A stretch of DNA of 64,000 nucleotides from Candidatus Deferrimicrobiaceae bacterium (GTDB taxonomy: Bacteria > Desulfobacterota > Deferrimicrobia > Deferrimicrobiales > Deferrimicrobiaceae), in NCBI GenBank assembly GCA_963792415.1, contig CAWBVY010000001.1:320001-384000 (forward strand), written 5' to 3'. The position numbers and the translations under genes are program-made. Shown in pieces: positions 9,921 through 18,671 of the stretch. Numbering within the stretch: position 1 is the first letter of the stretch; every line of letters begins with the position of its first letter. The notes under the pieces are model-generated. The model was not told the DNA's origin, did not search any database, and worked only from the letters and a program-made list of their open reading frames with translations.

Positions 9921-10992
9921 TCACCCCTTTCCGGAGAGCAGGGCGTCGCGCTGCTCGGCGAGGTGCCACGGGATTTCCGCGTAGACGTCCTCGAACATGC
10001 TGGACAGCGGCACGGGGGGTGCGGCCTCCGCCGCCTCGACCGCGCCGCGCACGGCCTCCTTCGCCCCCGCCTCCTCCGCGGCCGGGTCCGCGAGCAGGCC
10101 CCGCCCCTGGAGGAACGCGGCGAACCGCCGGATCGGGTCCTTCTCCCTCCAGGCCGCCACCTCCTCGTCCGACCGGTAGACCGTCGGGTCGTCGGAGGTC
10201 GAGTGCGGCCCGAGGCGATACGTGAGCGCCTCGATCATCGTGCCCCCACCCCCGGCCCGCGCGCGCTCCATCGCGTCCCCGACGACCTTGCGGACCGCCA
10301 GCACGTCGTTCCCGTCGACGCGGACGCCGGGAAGGCCGTACGCCGCGGCCTTCTCCGCCAGCGTCCCGGTCGCCGTCTGGCGCTCCACGGGGACGGAGAT
10401 CGCGTACCGGTTGTTCTCGCAGAAGAAGACCACCGGCAGCCGGAAGACCCCGGTGAAGTTCATCGACGCGTGGAAGTCCCCCGTGGAGGTCCCGCCGTCG
10501 CCGAACGTGGTGAGGACGGCGATCCGCTCCCCGCGCACCTTCGCAGCGTACGCCGCCCCGACGGCGTGGGGGAGCTGCGTGGCCACCGGGGAGGAGACCG
10601 ACACCAGGCGGATGGACCGGTCGCACCAGTGGTTCGGCATCTGCCGCCCCCGCGTCGCGTCCGTCGCGCGCCCGATCATCTGGCCGACCAGGGCGGCGAG
10701 CGGGTACCCCCGCATCAGCCCGACCCCGTGGTCCCGGTACGCCGGAAAGATCCAGTCCCCCTCGCGCACGGCGTGTCCCGCCCCGATCGAGCACGCCTCC
10801 TGGCCGGTCGACGGGACGAAGAAGCCGATCCGGCCGGACCGCTGGAGGGCGACCGCCTTCTCGTCGATCGCCCGCAGCAGCACCATGTGCCGGTAGAGGG
10901 AGAGCAGCTCCGGATCGGGCAGCCCGGGATCGAGCAGACGGGTCGACCGTCCCGTCCTTCCGCAGGACCGACAGGATTCCCGCGTCCGCCAT
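9921..10992 (-). CDS. 2-oxoacid dehydrogenase E1 alpha subunit (apparent frameshift near 10935)
   Basis: GQEA, GDG TPP motif (FGDGGTS...ENN), HSTSDDP; N-terminus MADAGILSVL lies in another frame. Confidence 0.88.
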
Positions 10993-11042
10993 GACGTTCC
11001 TCCCTTCTTCGCGCTGCCGGGCGGCGCCCGCCCCCCGACGCC

Positions 11043-12224
11043 TTATCGCTTCCGGATCACGCCCCTCGCGCGCAGGCCGGCGATCTCCTCGGCCGAATAC
11101 CCCAGCTCCGCGAGGACCTCGTCGTCGTGTTCCCCCAGGCGGGGCGCCCTCCCGGGAGCGCGCTCCCCCTCCCCCGCGATCTTGATCGGAAGGCCGAGCT
11201 GCCGCTCCGTCCCCCCGAGGGGGGAAGCGACCTCCACGACCATGCGGCGCGCGAGGGTGTTGGGGTGGGACATCGCCTCGTCGAGCGACAGGACGGGGGA
11301 GATGCAGACGTCCTCCCCGTCGAAGAAACGGATCCATTCGTCCCGCGTCTTCCCGAGGAAGATCGCCTGGAGATCCCGCCGCACCCCGTCCGCCGACTCC
11401 CCCACCGCGTACTGCAGTTCGTCGAAATCCCCCCTCCCCAGGCGGGTGACGAGCTTTTTCCAGAACCACGGCTCCAGCCCCCCCAGGCTCACGTACCCCC
11501 CGTCCGAACACCGGTAGGTGTCGTAGCAGGGGAGCAATCCGGCCAGCGGCAACGACCCCCGCTCCTGGGGGATCCCCCCTCCCAGAAGATTGGACGCGGG
11601 GATCGCCAGCGACGCGACCGAGCCGTCGGTCATCGAGATGTCGATCCACGCCCCCTTCCCCGTCCGCTGCCGGGAGAGGAGCGCCATCAGGATCCCGGAG
11701 AGCGCCATCATCGACCCGCCGTAGACGTCCCCCACCTGGACGGGAAGCAGCGCCGGCGGCTCTTCCGGACGCCCGGAAAGGCCCAGGACCCCGGCGTACG
11801 AGAGGTAGTTCACGTCGTGGCCGGCGACGTCGCGCATCGGCCCCGTCTGCCCGTAGCCGGAGATCGAGCAGTACACCAGCCCCGGGTTCGCCGCCGACAA
11901 GGTTTCGTACTCCACGCCGAGGCGCTTCACCACCCCCGGGCGGAACCCTTCCACGACGACGTCGGCGGTCGCCGCCATCTTCCGGAAGATCTCCTGCCCC
12001 TCCGCGGATTTCAGGTTCAGGGTGACGCTCCTCTTCCCGCGGTTCAGGTACCGGTCGAGCGGTCCCGTCCCGGGATCCTCGGCGGCGAACGGGTTGCGCG
12101 CCCGCGGGCTCGGCTCGTCGATCTTCACGACGTCCGCCCCGTGGTCCGCCATCATCATCGTGCAGAACGGCCCCGGCAGCTGGAGCGAGAGGTCCAGCAC
12201 GCGGACCCCCGAGAGCAGCGTCAT
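11043..12224 (-). CDS. CaiB/BaiF family CoA-transferase (methylacyl-CoA racemase-like)
   Basis: LSGVRVLDLS, LNRGKRS, FRPGV, GHDVNY, APRLGEH. Confidence 0.92.
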   Translation of the reverse strand: MTLLSGVRVLDLSLQLPGPFCTMMMADHGADVVKIDEPSPRARNPFAAEDPGTGPLDRYLNRGKRSVTLNLKSAEGQEIFRKMAATADVVVEGFRPGVVKRLGVEYETLSAANPGLVYCSISGYGQTGPMRDVAGHDVNYLSYAGVLGLSGRPEEPPALLPVQVGDVYGGSMMALSGILMALLSRQRTGKGAWIDISMTDGSVASLAIPASNLLGGGIPQERGSLPLAGLLPCYDTYRCSDGGYVSLGGLEPWFWKKLVTRLGRGDFDELQYAVGESADGVRRDLQAIFLGKTRDEWIRFFDGEDVCISPVLSLDEAMSHPNTLARRMVVEVASPLGGTERQLGLPIKIAGEGERAPGRAPRLGEHDDEVLAELGYSAEEIAGLRARGVIRKR

Positions 12225-12269
12225 CCCCGATCCTCCGTTGGAATCTCTTGTGCTATCTTAATATCTCCT

Positions 12270-13037
12270 ATGGAAAAAGGGTTTCCGATCTCTCCGGACC
12301 GGGCGATCTTCCTCGCGGACGCGCACCTGAACCAGGAAGACATCCACACCCGAAACTTCCTCGCCCTCGCCGACAAGGCGGCGGCGGAGAAGGTGCCCCT
12401 GTTCCTCCTCGGGGACGTGTTCGACCTCTGGTTCGGCAACCCCGGGCTCACCTTCGGGTTCCAGAAACCGATCATCGCGCATCTGCGGAAATTGCGGCGG
12501 GAGGGGTTGCGCCTGTACTACGTGGAGGGGAACCGCGACTTCTACCTCAAACGGGAACACGAGGGGACGACGTTCGACGCGGTCTCGGAGGGGGATACGC
12601 CGGCGGCGGTCGGGAAGAAGCGGCTGGTCCTGTCCCACGGGGACACGGTGAACCGCGCCGATTTCGTCTACCGGTTCTGGAAGGGGATCTCGAAGAGCCG
12701 CCTCGCCAACGAAGCGGTCGCCCACCTGCCTCCCTCCATCATCCTCCCCATGGCGGACTGGATCGAGCGGAACTTCAAGCGGTCCAACCGGCGATACAGG
12801 GGGTCGTTCCCCGAGCGGGAGTGCCGGGAGTACGCGATGCGCCTCTTCCGCGAGGGGGTCGACTTCCTCATCCTCGGGCACTTCCACCAGGAGCGGCTGA
12901 ACCGCTTTTCCAACGAGGAGGCGACGAAGGTCGTCGCGGTCCTGCCGTCGTGGAAGGATCAGTGGCGCTACTTCTACCTCACCGCCGAGGGGGCGTACGG
13001 CTTCCGCGGGTTCAAGCCCGGCGAACCGCTGCTCTGA
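12270..13037 (+). CDS. lpxH: UDP-2,3-diacylglucosamine diphosphatase (LpxH-like metallophosphoesterase)
   Basis: ADAHL, LGDVFDLW, GNRDF, HGD, GHFH motifs; start MEKGF at 12270. Confidence 0.75.
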   Translation: MEKGFPISPDRAIFLADAHLNQEDIHTRNFLALADKAAAEKVPLFLLGDVFDLWFGNPGLTFGFQKPIIAHLRKLRREGLRLYYVEGNRDFYLKREHEGTTFDAVSEGDTPAAVGKKRLVLSHGDTVNRADFVYRFWKGISKSRLANEAVAHLPPSIILPMADWIERNFKRSNRRYRGSFPERECREYAMRLFREGVDFLILGHFHQERLNRFSNEEATKVVAVLPSWKDQWRYFYLTAEGAYGFRGFKPGEPLL

Positions 13038-13081
13038 AAACCGAAGCGGGGAGGGAACCCGCGCGCCGGCGGGAGATCACC

Positions 13082-13750
13082 TCACTTCGCGGAAACCGCA
13101 TCCTTGCCGTACCCCTTTATGAGAGGCCCCGGGGGAAGGGTGTGGATCACCCCGTTGTTCGCCTGCCGGGCGAGGGGCATGTAGTTCGGGGCGGCCTTGG
13201 TGACCGCCGCCGCCACCGCCATGCCGACGAGGTCGACGAAGGGATTGCCGGATCCCCTGCTCTGTCCCGCGGACGAGTTCACCACCCGCCGGTGCTCCTT
13301 CCAGATCGTGTCCCCCGTCTTCGCGTCCTTCATCTCGTAGTCGAACTCCACGGTCACCGTGGTGTCCAGGAGCAGGTACTGCGCGGTCCACGCCTCGATC
13401 GTCACGAAGAGCACCGCGTCCGCCCCGAAGAGATTGCACAACCGTGCGGGGTCGGCCATGTGGACCAGGTCCGCGTCCGACAACCCCTCGTCCTCCAGCA
13501 CCCGCTTCACCATGTTCACCGGGAAGACGTAGTACCCCCGCTCCGCCACGGGGATGGACAGGGTCGACAGGAACAGGCTGGGAGCCTCGACGTTGTTGGT
13601 GTTGTTGACGACGGGGACGACCAGGATCGAGCGGGGGTCCGCCGCGCGAAACGCCGAGTAATCCCTCTTCGGCGGGGCGTGGGCGGCGGCGCACCCGAGG
13701 GAGAGGAGCAGGCACCCGAGCAGGGGGAGAAGGATCCCTTTCCGGCTCAT
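13082..13750 (-). CDS. DUF799 (GNA1162-like) lipoprotein
   Basis: Lipobox SLGC; PRSILVVP, AERGYYVFPV, FGADAVLF. Confidence 0.8.
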   Translation of the reverse strand: MSRKGILLPLLGCLLLSLGCAAAHAPPKRDYSAFRAADPRSILVVPVVNNTNNVEAPSLFLSTLSIPVAERGYYVFPVNMVKRVLEDEGLSDADLVHMADPARLCNLFGADAVLFVTIEAWTAQYLLLDTTVTVEFDYEMKDAKTGDTIWKEHRRVVNSSAGQSRGSGNPFVDLVGMAVAAAVTKAAPNYMPLARQANNGVIHTLPPGPLIKGYGKDAVSAK

Positions 13751-14193
13751 TTCTCGCCCCCGGCCGGCGCGGCCTCCGGGGGAGCCCCTGCCGGAGGAGG
13801 CAGCTCCCCGCCCGGCGCGGGCCCCGGACGGTTCTCCTTCAGCCGCCGGGTGTTCCGGATCATCTTGTCCATGAAGACGCGGGACTCCTGCCACTCCTCC
13901 CGCTCCTTCCCGTAATACGTGATCGCCTCGTCGAGCCGCCCCGCCTCGAAGAGCGCGTACCCGTACTCGGCGTACAGGCCGGGCGGCACCTTGTCCTTCT
14001 CGACCTCCGCCTTCTGCACGATCCGCCCCAGCCGTTCGACGTACCGCTCGGTGTCCTGGGGGTACCGGTAATGGTCGTACAGCGCGGAATCGTAGTCCCC
14101 CCAGAGGTAGGCGGTCTTCGGGGCGCATCCGCCCGCCGCCGCCGCGACCGCGAGCGCGGCCAGCAGCAGGAAGGAGGGACGACGGGGAGTCAC
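13747..14193 (-). CDS. DUF4810 lipoprotein
   Basis: Lipobox GGC; YLWGDY, VPPGLYAEYG. Confidence 0.8.
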   Translation of the reverse strand: MTPRRPSFLLLAALAVAAAAGGCAPKTAYLWGDYDSALYDHYRYPQDTERYVERLGRIVQKAEVEKDKVPPGLYAEYGYALFEAGRLDEAITYYGKEREEWQESRVFMDKMIRNTRRLKENRPGPAPGGELPPPAGAPPEAAPAGGEK

Positions 14194-14194
14194 C

Positions 14195-14494
14195 TCAGTG
14201 GACCTTGAGCGTCTTCAACTCGCTTTCGACGAACACCTTCTGCTCCAGCAGGACGGCCCCGTCCGCCCCCTTGACCGTCACGAGGTGGGTGCCCGGCTCG
14301 ACGCGGAGGACGTTGGGCTGGCCGTCGTACTGGCCCGCGAGGCCCGTCGGGACCCCGTCGAGGAACAGGACCGCCCCCTCCGGCGCCCCCTCGAAGGCGA
14401 GGCTCGGGCGCGTGTCCGGCGTCTTGACCACCGTGGACGGCATGGAGCACGCCGCGAGGAGAATCATCAGGGAAATGGCGAGAGGTTTGCGCAT
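14195..14494 (-). CDS. Small lipoprotein with PEGA-like beta domain
   Basis: LAAC lipobox; GAVLFLDG...VEPGTHLVTV. Confidence 0.65.
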   Translation of the reverse strand: MRKPLAISLMILLAACSMPSTVVKTPDTRPSLAFEGAPEGAVLFLDGVPTGLAGQYDGQPNVLRVEPGTHLVTVKGADGAVLLEQKVFVESELKTLKVH

Positions 14495-14504
14495 CCCGTG
14501 CCCC

Positions 14505-15467
14505 CTACCTTGTGGGTTCCGCGACGTACAGCCTCGGGGAGAGCGGCGCGGCGATGGAACCGCCGGCCAGCTCGCAGACGGCCCCCTCGTCGGTCTCCGT
14601 CTCGCCGAACAGGCTCACCACCCTGAGCGTGGCCACCTGCCGCGGCGGGAGCGTCACGTCGAATCCCGTCTGCCTGCTCTTCACGGTGTCGCCGGCCTCC
14701 ATCACGGCCAGCGTGTCCCCTTCCCGCATCCCCTGCCGGCGGCCGCCGGTGACGAAGACCTGGCTCCCCCGGATCTCGAGGATGTCCGTCCTCCACTTCC
14801 GGTCCTGGAGCCGGGACACCAGCCGGTCGATGACGTCGGAGATGGCCGCCCCGATGGCGCGGTCGTTCAGCGTGGCGTCGTAGTCCGCGCGGCTGCCGAA
14901 GCCGGCGATCTCCCCCGACTCGGCGCTCGCCTCCCCCGCCCCGATGGCGGAGAAGTAGGCGTGCCCGGTCTTCACGTCCACCAGCCGGATGTCGACCTTC
15001 GCCTTGGCGGTCTGCACCTTGGTGCTGCTGAGGAACCCGGACTTCCCGCCCACCGACCGCCCGAATTCGGTGACCGACCCGATGATCAGGGTGTCCGACC
15101 CGACCAGCTTCGCGTCGCCCGCGATCTGCTGCTCCTTCAGGACCTTGTTCAGGTCGGTGCGCTCCAGGACGACGAACTGACCGGACTGGATCAGGCGGGA
15201 GGTGAGCATGTCGGACGCCTGCTTCCCGATCCGGTCCAGGTCGGCGTCGTTCAGGAGGGAGCGCCCGTAGTTGGTCTCGTTGGTGAATCGGCCCACCGCG
15301 ACCTTGATCTTGTACCGCTTCGCGGCGGGGGCCGCCGCCGCTTCCTGCGCCTTCTGCTGCCGGGCCGCCGGGACCGGCGACTCCTGGGGCGCCGGGGGCG
15401 TGGAGACGGTGGCGCACCCGGTCAGGAGCAGTGCGACGATCAGCGGGGAAAAGGCTTTCCTCGTCAC
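14505..15467 (-). CDS. CsgG/HfaB family lipoprotein
   Basis: LTGC lipobox; VAVGRFTNETNYG, FVVLER, GSVTEFGR, DIRLVDVKTG. Confidence 0.85.
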   Translation of the reverse strand: MTRKAFSPLIVALLLTGCATVSTPPAPQESPVPAARQQKAQEAAAAPAAKRYKIKVAVGRFTNETNYGRSLLNDADLDRIGKQASDMLTSRLIQSGQFVVLERTDLNKVLKEQQIAGDAKLVGSDTLIIGSVTEFGRSVGGKSGFLSSTKVQTAKAKVDIRLVDVKTGHAYFSAIGAGEASAESGEIAGFGSRADYDATLNDRAIGAAISDVIDRLVSRLQDRKWRTDILEIRGSQVFVTGGRRQGMREGDTLAVMEAGDTVKSRQTGFDVTLPPRQVATLRVVSLFGETETDEGAVCELAGGSIAAPLSPRLYVAEPTR

Positions 15468-15508
15468 TTGGGATTCCCTCCGCGGTTGCCGGGGCCGGCG
15501 GATTTCCG

Positions 15509-16093
15509 TCAGAACCGGTACCCGATGTTCGCCGTCACGGTGGCGCCATCGAGCCGGGTGTCGACCCCGAAGGTGCTGGTCGTGAGCCAGAGATACTTCC
15601 CCTCCAGGCCAAGGAACACGTTCCTCGTCGCGTGGTACCGGCCTCCGAGGCCCAGGTGGAGCCCCAGGTCCGCGGAGCTGTCCGACCCTCCCGACGCGCC
15701 GAAGGCCGGGGCGGAGATCTCGTCCTTCACCATGTAGACGCCGAGACCCCCCATCCCGTACGCCTCGAACTGCCCGAAGGGGGCGACCCCCAGGACACTG
15801 AAAACGAGGGGCGTGACCTTGAACTTCCGCTCCACATGCCCCGAGGTTTGCCCCTTCGTCTCGAAGTAGCCGAGGCTTCCCTCGACCGCGAAGCCGGGGG
15901 CGAGGTACCGGCCGAACGTCACTTCCCCGTTGAAGCCGGAATCGAAGCTGTCCGCGTCGCCGGCCATCGGGAAATACCCCCCCAGCTTCGCCTCCACGTA
16001 ATTGGGCGGTGGCGGGGCGGGGTGGACCGGATCCGGAACCAGGAGGACGATCGTTGCGAGGAGCGCCAGGACCGGCAGGACGGGACGGCTCAT
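15509..16093 (-). CDS. Outer-membrane beta-barrel protein (8-strand type)
   Basis: Signal peptide, alternating beta strands, C-terminal GYRF. Confidence 0.75.
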   Translation of the reverse strand: MSRPVLPVLALLATIVLLVPDPVHPAPPPPNYVEAKLGGYFPMAGDADSFDSGFNGEVTFGRYLAPGFAVEGSLGYFETKGQTSGHVERKFKVTPLVFSVLGVAPFGQFEAYGMGGLGVYMVKDEISAPAFGASGGSDSSADLGLHLGLGGRYHATRNVFLGLEGKYLWLTTSTFGVDTRLDGATVTANIGYRF

Positions 16094-16220
16094 AGGTGAC
16101 TCCTCCCTCGGCCGACGTGAGAACGGTCTATCGACAAGTATGTCCCCTCCCGCAAAGGCGGTCAATTCCCATCCCGGATACCACGCATGGGGGGCGTGAG
16201 ACGGGCCGGGGCTTCCTCTT

Positions 16221-16958
16221 TCAGAGATTCGCGACCAGCGCCACGGTCAGCCCCGTATCGGTTTTCTCCAGGTCCGCCGGGACCGGCTTGTGGTCGTGCC
16301 GCACGGTGTACGCCGCCTTGAGGGAGAAGATGTCGGTGAGGGCCGCGATGACCGCCGTCTCGGCGTTCACCTTGAAGTGCGAGGAGTCGGAGAAATCGTA
16401 CAGGTACTCCACCGACTGCGAGAGCCTGTTCTTCTTCGTGATCGCGTATTCGTACTTGCCGAAGAGGCGCCCCGTGAGGAAACCGCTGCTCGTGTTGTCG
16501 GTATAGTTCTCCTGCGTGTAGTTCAGCCCGGCCTCGCCCAACAGGAAATGCTTCGGCCCGAGGAGGAACTTGTAGCCCGCGCCGCCGCCGCCGTAGTACC
16601 GCTGGTCGATCCCCGCGAACCGGTCCTTGTTCCACCCGACCATCGCGAACGTGTAGACCCTTTCCGTGTGCATGTAGTCCAGCCGCAGCTCGCTGGCGTA
16701 CTGCTCCGCCGTGGTGACACCGCTGTCCGCGCCATAGAGGCCGCCGATCCTCCACGTCCCCGTGGCCCGCGGAAGAAACCGGTACGACAGCGTGTTCTTC
16801 CCCGCCATGCTGGTGGTGTCGGTGTTTCCGGTCGTCTTCACGAAGGACAGTTCCGCCTGGTCGCTCCAGACATTGTCGTTCTTCGGTTCCGCGGCGAACG
16901 CGGCGGGCGCGGCAAGCAGGAAAACCGCGGCGGCGAGCAGATACAGATTCCTCTTCAT
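16221..16958 (-). CDS. DUF481/YdiY family outer-membrane protein
   Basis: Signal peptide; TTGNTDT, DRFAGID, GAGYKF. Confidence 0.8.
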   Translation of the reverse strand: MKRNLYLLAAAVFLLAAPAAFAAEPKNDNVWSDQAELSFVKTTGNTDTTSMAGKNTLSYRFLPRATGTWRIGGLYGADSGVTTAEQYASELRLDYMHTERVYTFAMVGWNKDRFAGIDQRYYGGGGAGYKFLLGPKHFLLGEAGLNYTQENYTDNTSSGFLTGRLFGKYEYAITKKNRLSQSVEYLYDFSDSSHFKVNAETAVIAALTDIFSLKAAYTVRHDHKPVPADLEKTDTGLTVALVANL

Positions 16959-17055
16959 TTCGCGGTTCCTCCTCTCTTGTCAGGGAATGCCTGTGCGATG
17001 CAAGCGGAATCCGTCGGGTTTCGGGACGGGGGGACGGGACCGTCCCGGTTCTGCT

Positions 17056-17215
17056 CAATGCGCGATCCGATGACATCGCCTCGCGCATCCGGACGAACGC
17101 CCGCATGATGGCAACGTTAACCCGTATCGCGCGGGAACGATTGAGAACACCGGAGAGCATTGCGACTCCTTGTTCCGTGAAGGCCGGCGGGAGGGTCGGC
17201 GTCGGCCGCCCCGAC
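17056..17215 (-). pseudogene. ORF6N-domain gene, C-terminal remnant
   Basis: [16 protein letters not shown]...[14 protein letters not shown], closely similar to 24411-24913. Confidence 0.8.
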
Positions 17216-17239
17216 AGGGAGTGAGAGAGCTGCCCGACT

Positions 17240-17527
17240 TTATCCCAAAGCCTCTGCAACAGCTTCAGGATTTTCGGAGGCCACCATCAGCAAGGCACGG
17301 GCAGGTCCCTCTGGAGAGCGACGGCCCTGTTCCCAATTCCGAAGGGTGGAAACGCTCACACCTATCAACAGGGCGAATTCGCTCTGGGATTTCCCGAGAC
17401 GATCACGGATCGCCTTGATATCGGCCGGAGCAAATTTGATAATGCGAGAAGCTTTCATTTCGCCCCGCCGAATCTTGCCAGCCTGCTTGACACTCTCGAC
17501 CAGTTTGTCGAAATCCTGCTTCCTCAT
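17240..17527 (-). CDS. XRE/HTH antitoxin (HigA-like)
   Basis: SQSEFALLIGVSVSTLRNWEQGRR; overlaps toxin stop. Confidence 0.85.
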   Translation of the reverse strand: MRKQDFDKLVESVKQAGKIRRGEMKASRIIKFAPADIKAIRDRLGKSQSEFALLIGVSVSTLRNWEQGRRSPEGPARALLMVASENPEAVAEALG

Positions 17528-17841
17528 TTGAAATCCTCCCGGACCAGGCGGCTGAGCACACGAAGCTGTGTGGGCGTCAGGTCTTCTTGCACATTCTTTG
17601 GATAGACGAACAGCATGTGGAAAATCTCCTCTTCCGCGGCCCAATAGTAAATCACCCTGAGACCTCCGCGCTTCCCGCGACCACCGACGCCCCATCTCAA
17701 CTTGCGAAGGCCACCACTCCCTGGAATGACAGCGCCCTGCTCCGGCCGAAATAACAAGGCCAACTGTAAGGCACGATATTCATCGTCAGTAAGGTGGTCG
17801 CGTGCCTCCTTGGTGAAGACGGAGGTTTCAACGAACCGCAT
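17524..17841 (-). CDS. RelE/HigB family toxin
   Basis: FVETSVF, GGLRKLRW, GKRGGLRVIYY, YPKNVQEDL. Confidence 0.88.
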   Translation of the reverse strand: MRFVETSVFTKEARDHLTDDEYRALQLALLFRPEQGAVIPGSGGLRKLRWGVGGRGKRGGLRVIYYWAAEEEIFHMLFVYPKNVQEDLTPTQLRVLSRLVREDFK

Positions 17842-17848
17842 AATCGAT

Positions 17849-17867
17849 CATACGCCAATGGCGTATG
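17849..17867. promoter_or_regulatory. Perfect 9-1-9 palindrome, probable TA operator
   Basis: catacgcca-a-tggcgtatg, 7 nt upstream of toxin ATG. Confidence 0.65.
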
Positions 17868-17899
17868 GGGAGCAACATCACGGATCCAGTGCCTTCCCG

Positions 17900-17959
17900 A
17901 GAAATATGTCCAGGCATTGTGGATATCCGGTTCTCCACTCGTTCCATCGGTACGGTCAT
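17900..17959 (-). pseudogene. ORF6N-domain gene, N-terminal remnant
   Basis: [12 protein letters not shown] with the same ggagaacag leader as at 24325 and 24913. Confidence 0.75.
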
Positions 17960-18094
17960 CGGTCTGTTCTCCCCGGGGAAAGGATTTTCATCCGATGAGA
18001 GCATGTATTGTGCCGATCGATCCCACATAGACGAAAGCCCCCGGGAGGGGGCTCTCTTATGGAACCCCAGAACCGGGACGTCCCCGTTTTGGGG

Positions 18095-18245
18095 TTAGTA
18101 ATAGTACTTGGTGGCGTCGGCCTGGCGGTTCAGCACGATTCCCAGGACCTTCTCCTTCGGGTACATCCCCAGCGCCTTACGCACGTCCGCCATCGACGAC
18201 TTTTCCGCCTGGACGACGAACAGGATATGGTCCACGAGAGGGGCC
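18095..18245 (-). pseudogene. CpsD/CapB tyrosine kinase, C-terminal remnant
   Basis: VDHILFVVQAEK...KEKVLGIVLN...KYYY; no N-terminus. Confidence 0.7.
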
Positions 18246-18291
18246 TGATCTTTGACAGCCCCCCCTTGGATTGCGAAACCAGTGCTCTCGA

Positions 18292-18663
18292 CTATTGCGG
18301 GTTCTTGGACCCGTTGAGCCGGTACACGAAATTCGGCTGAACCGCTTTGACGTGACTGTCCTGCGTGCGGAGTTCCTCCATCCGGTCCGGTCCCGGGTCT
18401 TCGGTGAGGGTCACCAGGAAGATGTTGTGTCCCAGGTCCTTTGTGCCCTTGATCCCGAAACGACCGTAGAGGGCGGCGATGACCTTGACATCGGCCCCCT
18501 CGGCCAGTGTAACGAGGTATTCCCCCGGTACCCTCGTTTGCTGGGACCAAGCGCCCGCAGGCCCCGCCTGCAGATTGCCCGACGTATGGCCGCAGGCACA
18601 TACCATGGCGGCACCTGCCAGGGCCACGGCAAGACCGATGAAGCATGCCATCCCGTACTTCAT
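18292..18663 (-). CDS. Secreted/lipoprotein stand-alone subtilase propeptide-like protein
   Basis: Signal with CAC; VPGEYLV...VKAVQPNFVY resembles the prodomain of the adjacent S8 protease (VAGEVLV...VEYVQPNYIY). Confidence 0.6.
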   Translation of the reverse strand: MKYGMACFIGLAVALAGAAMVCACGHTSGNLQAGPAGAWSQQTRVPGEYLVTLAEGADVKVIAALYGRFGIKGTKDLGHNIFLVTLTEDPGPDRMEELRTQDSHVKAVQPNFVYRLNGSKNPQ

Positions 18664-18671
18664 TCCGCCTT

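Noticed and set aside
34-16506. Long plus-strand and alternate-frame ORFs (34-1998, 4919-6733, 8525-10225, 14205-15737 and similar)
   Set aside because: Shadow ORFs of GC-rich genes; Arg/Pro/Gly-rich with no motifs
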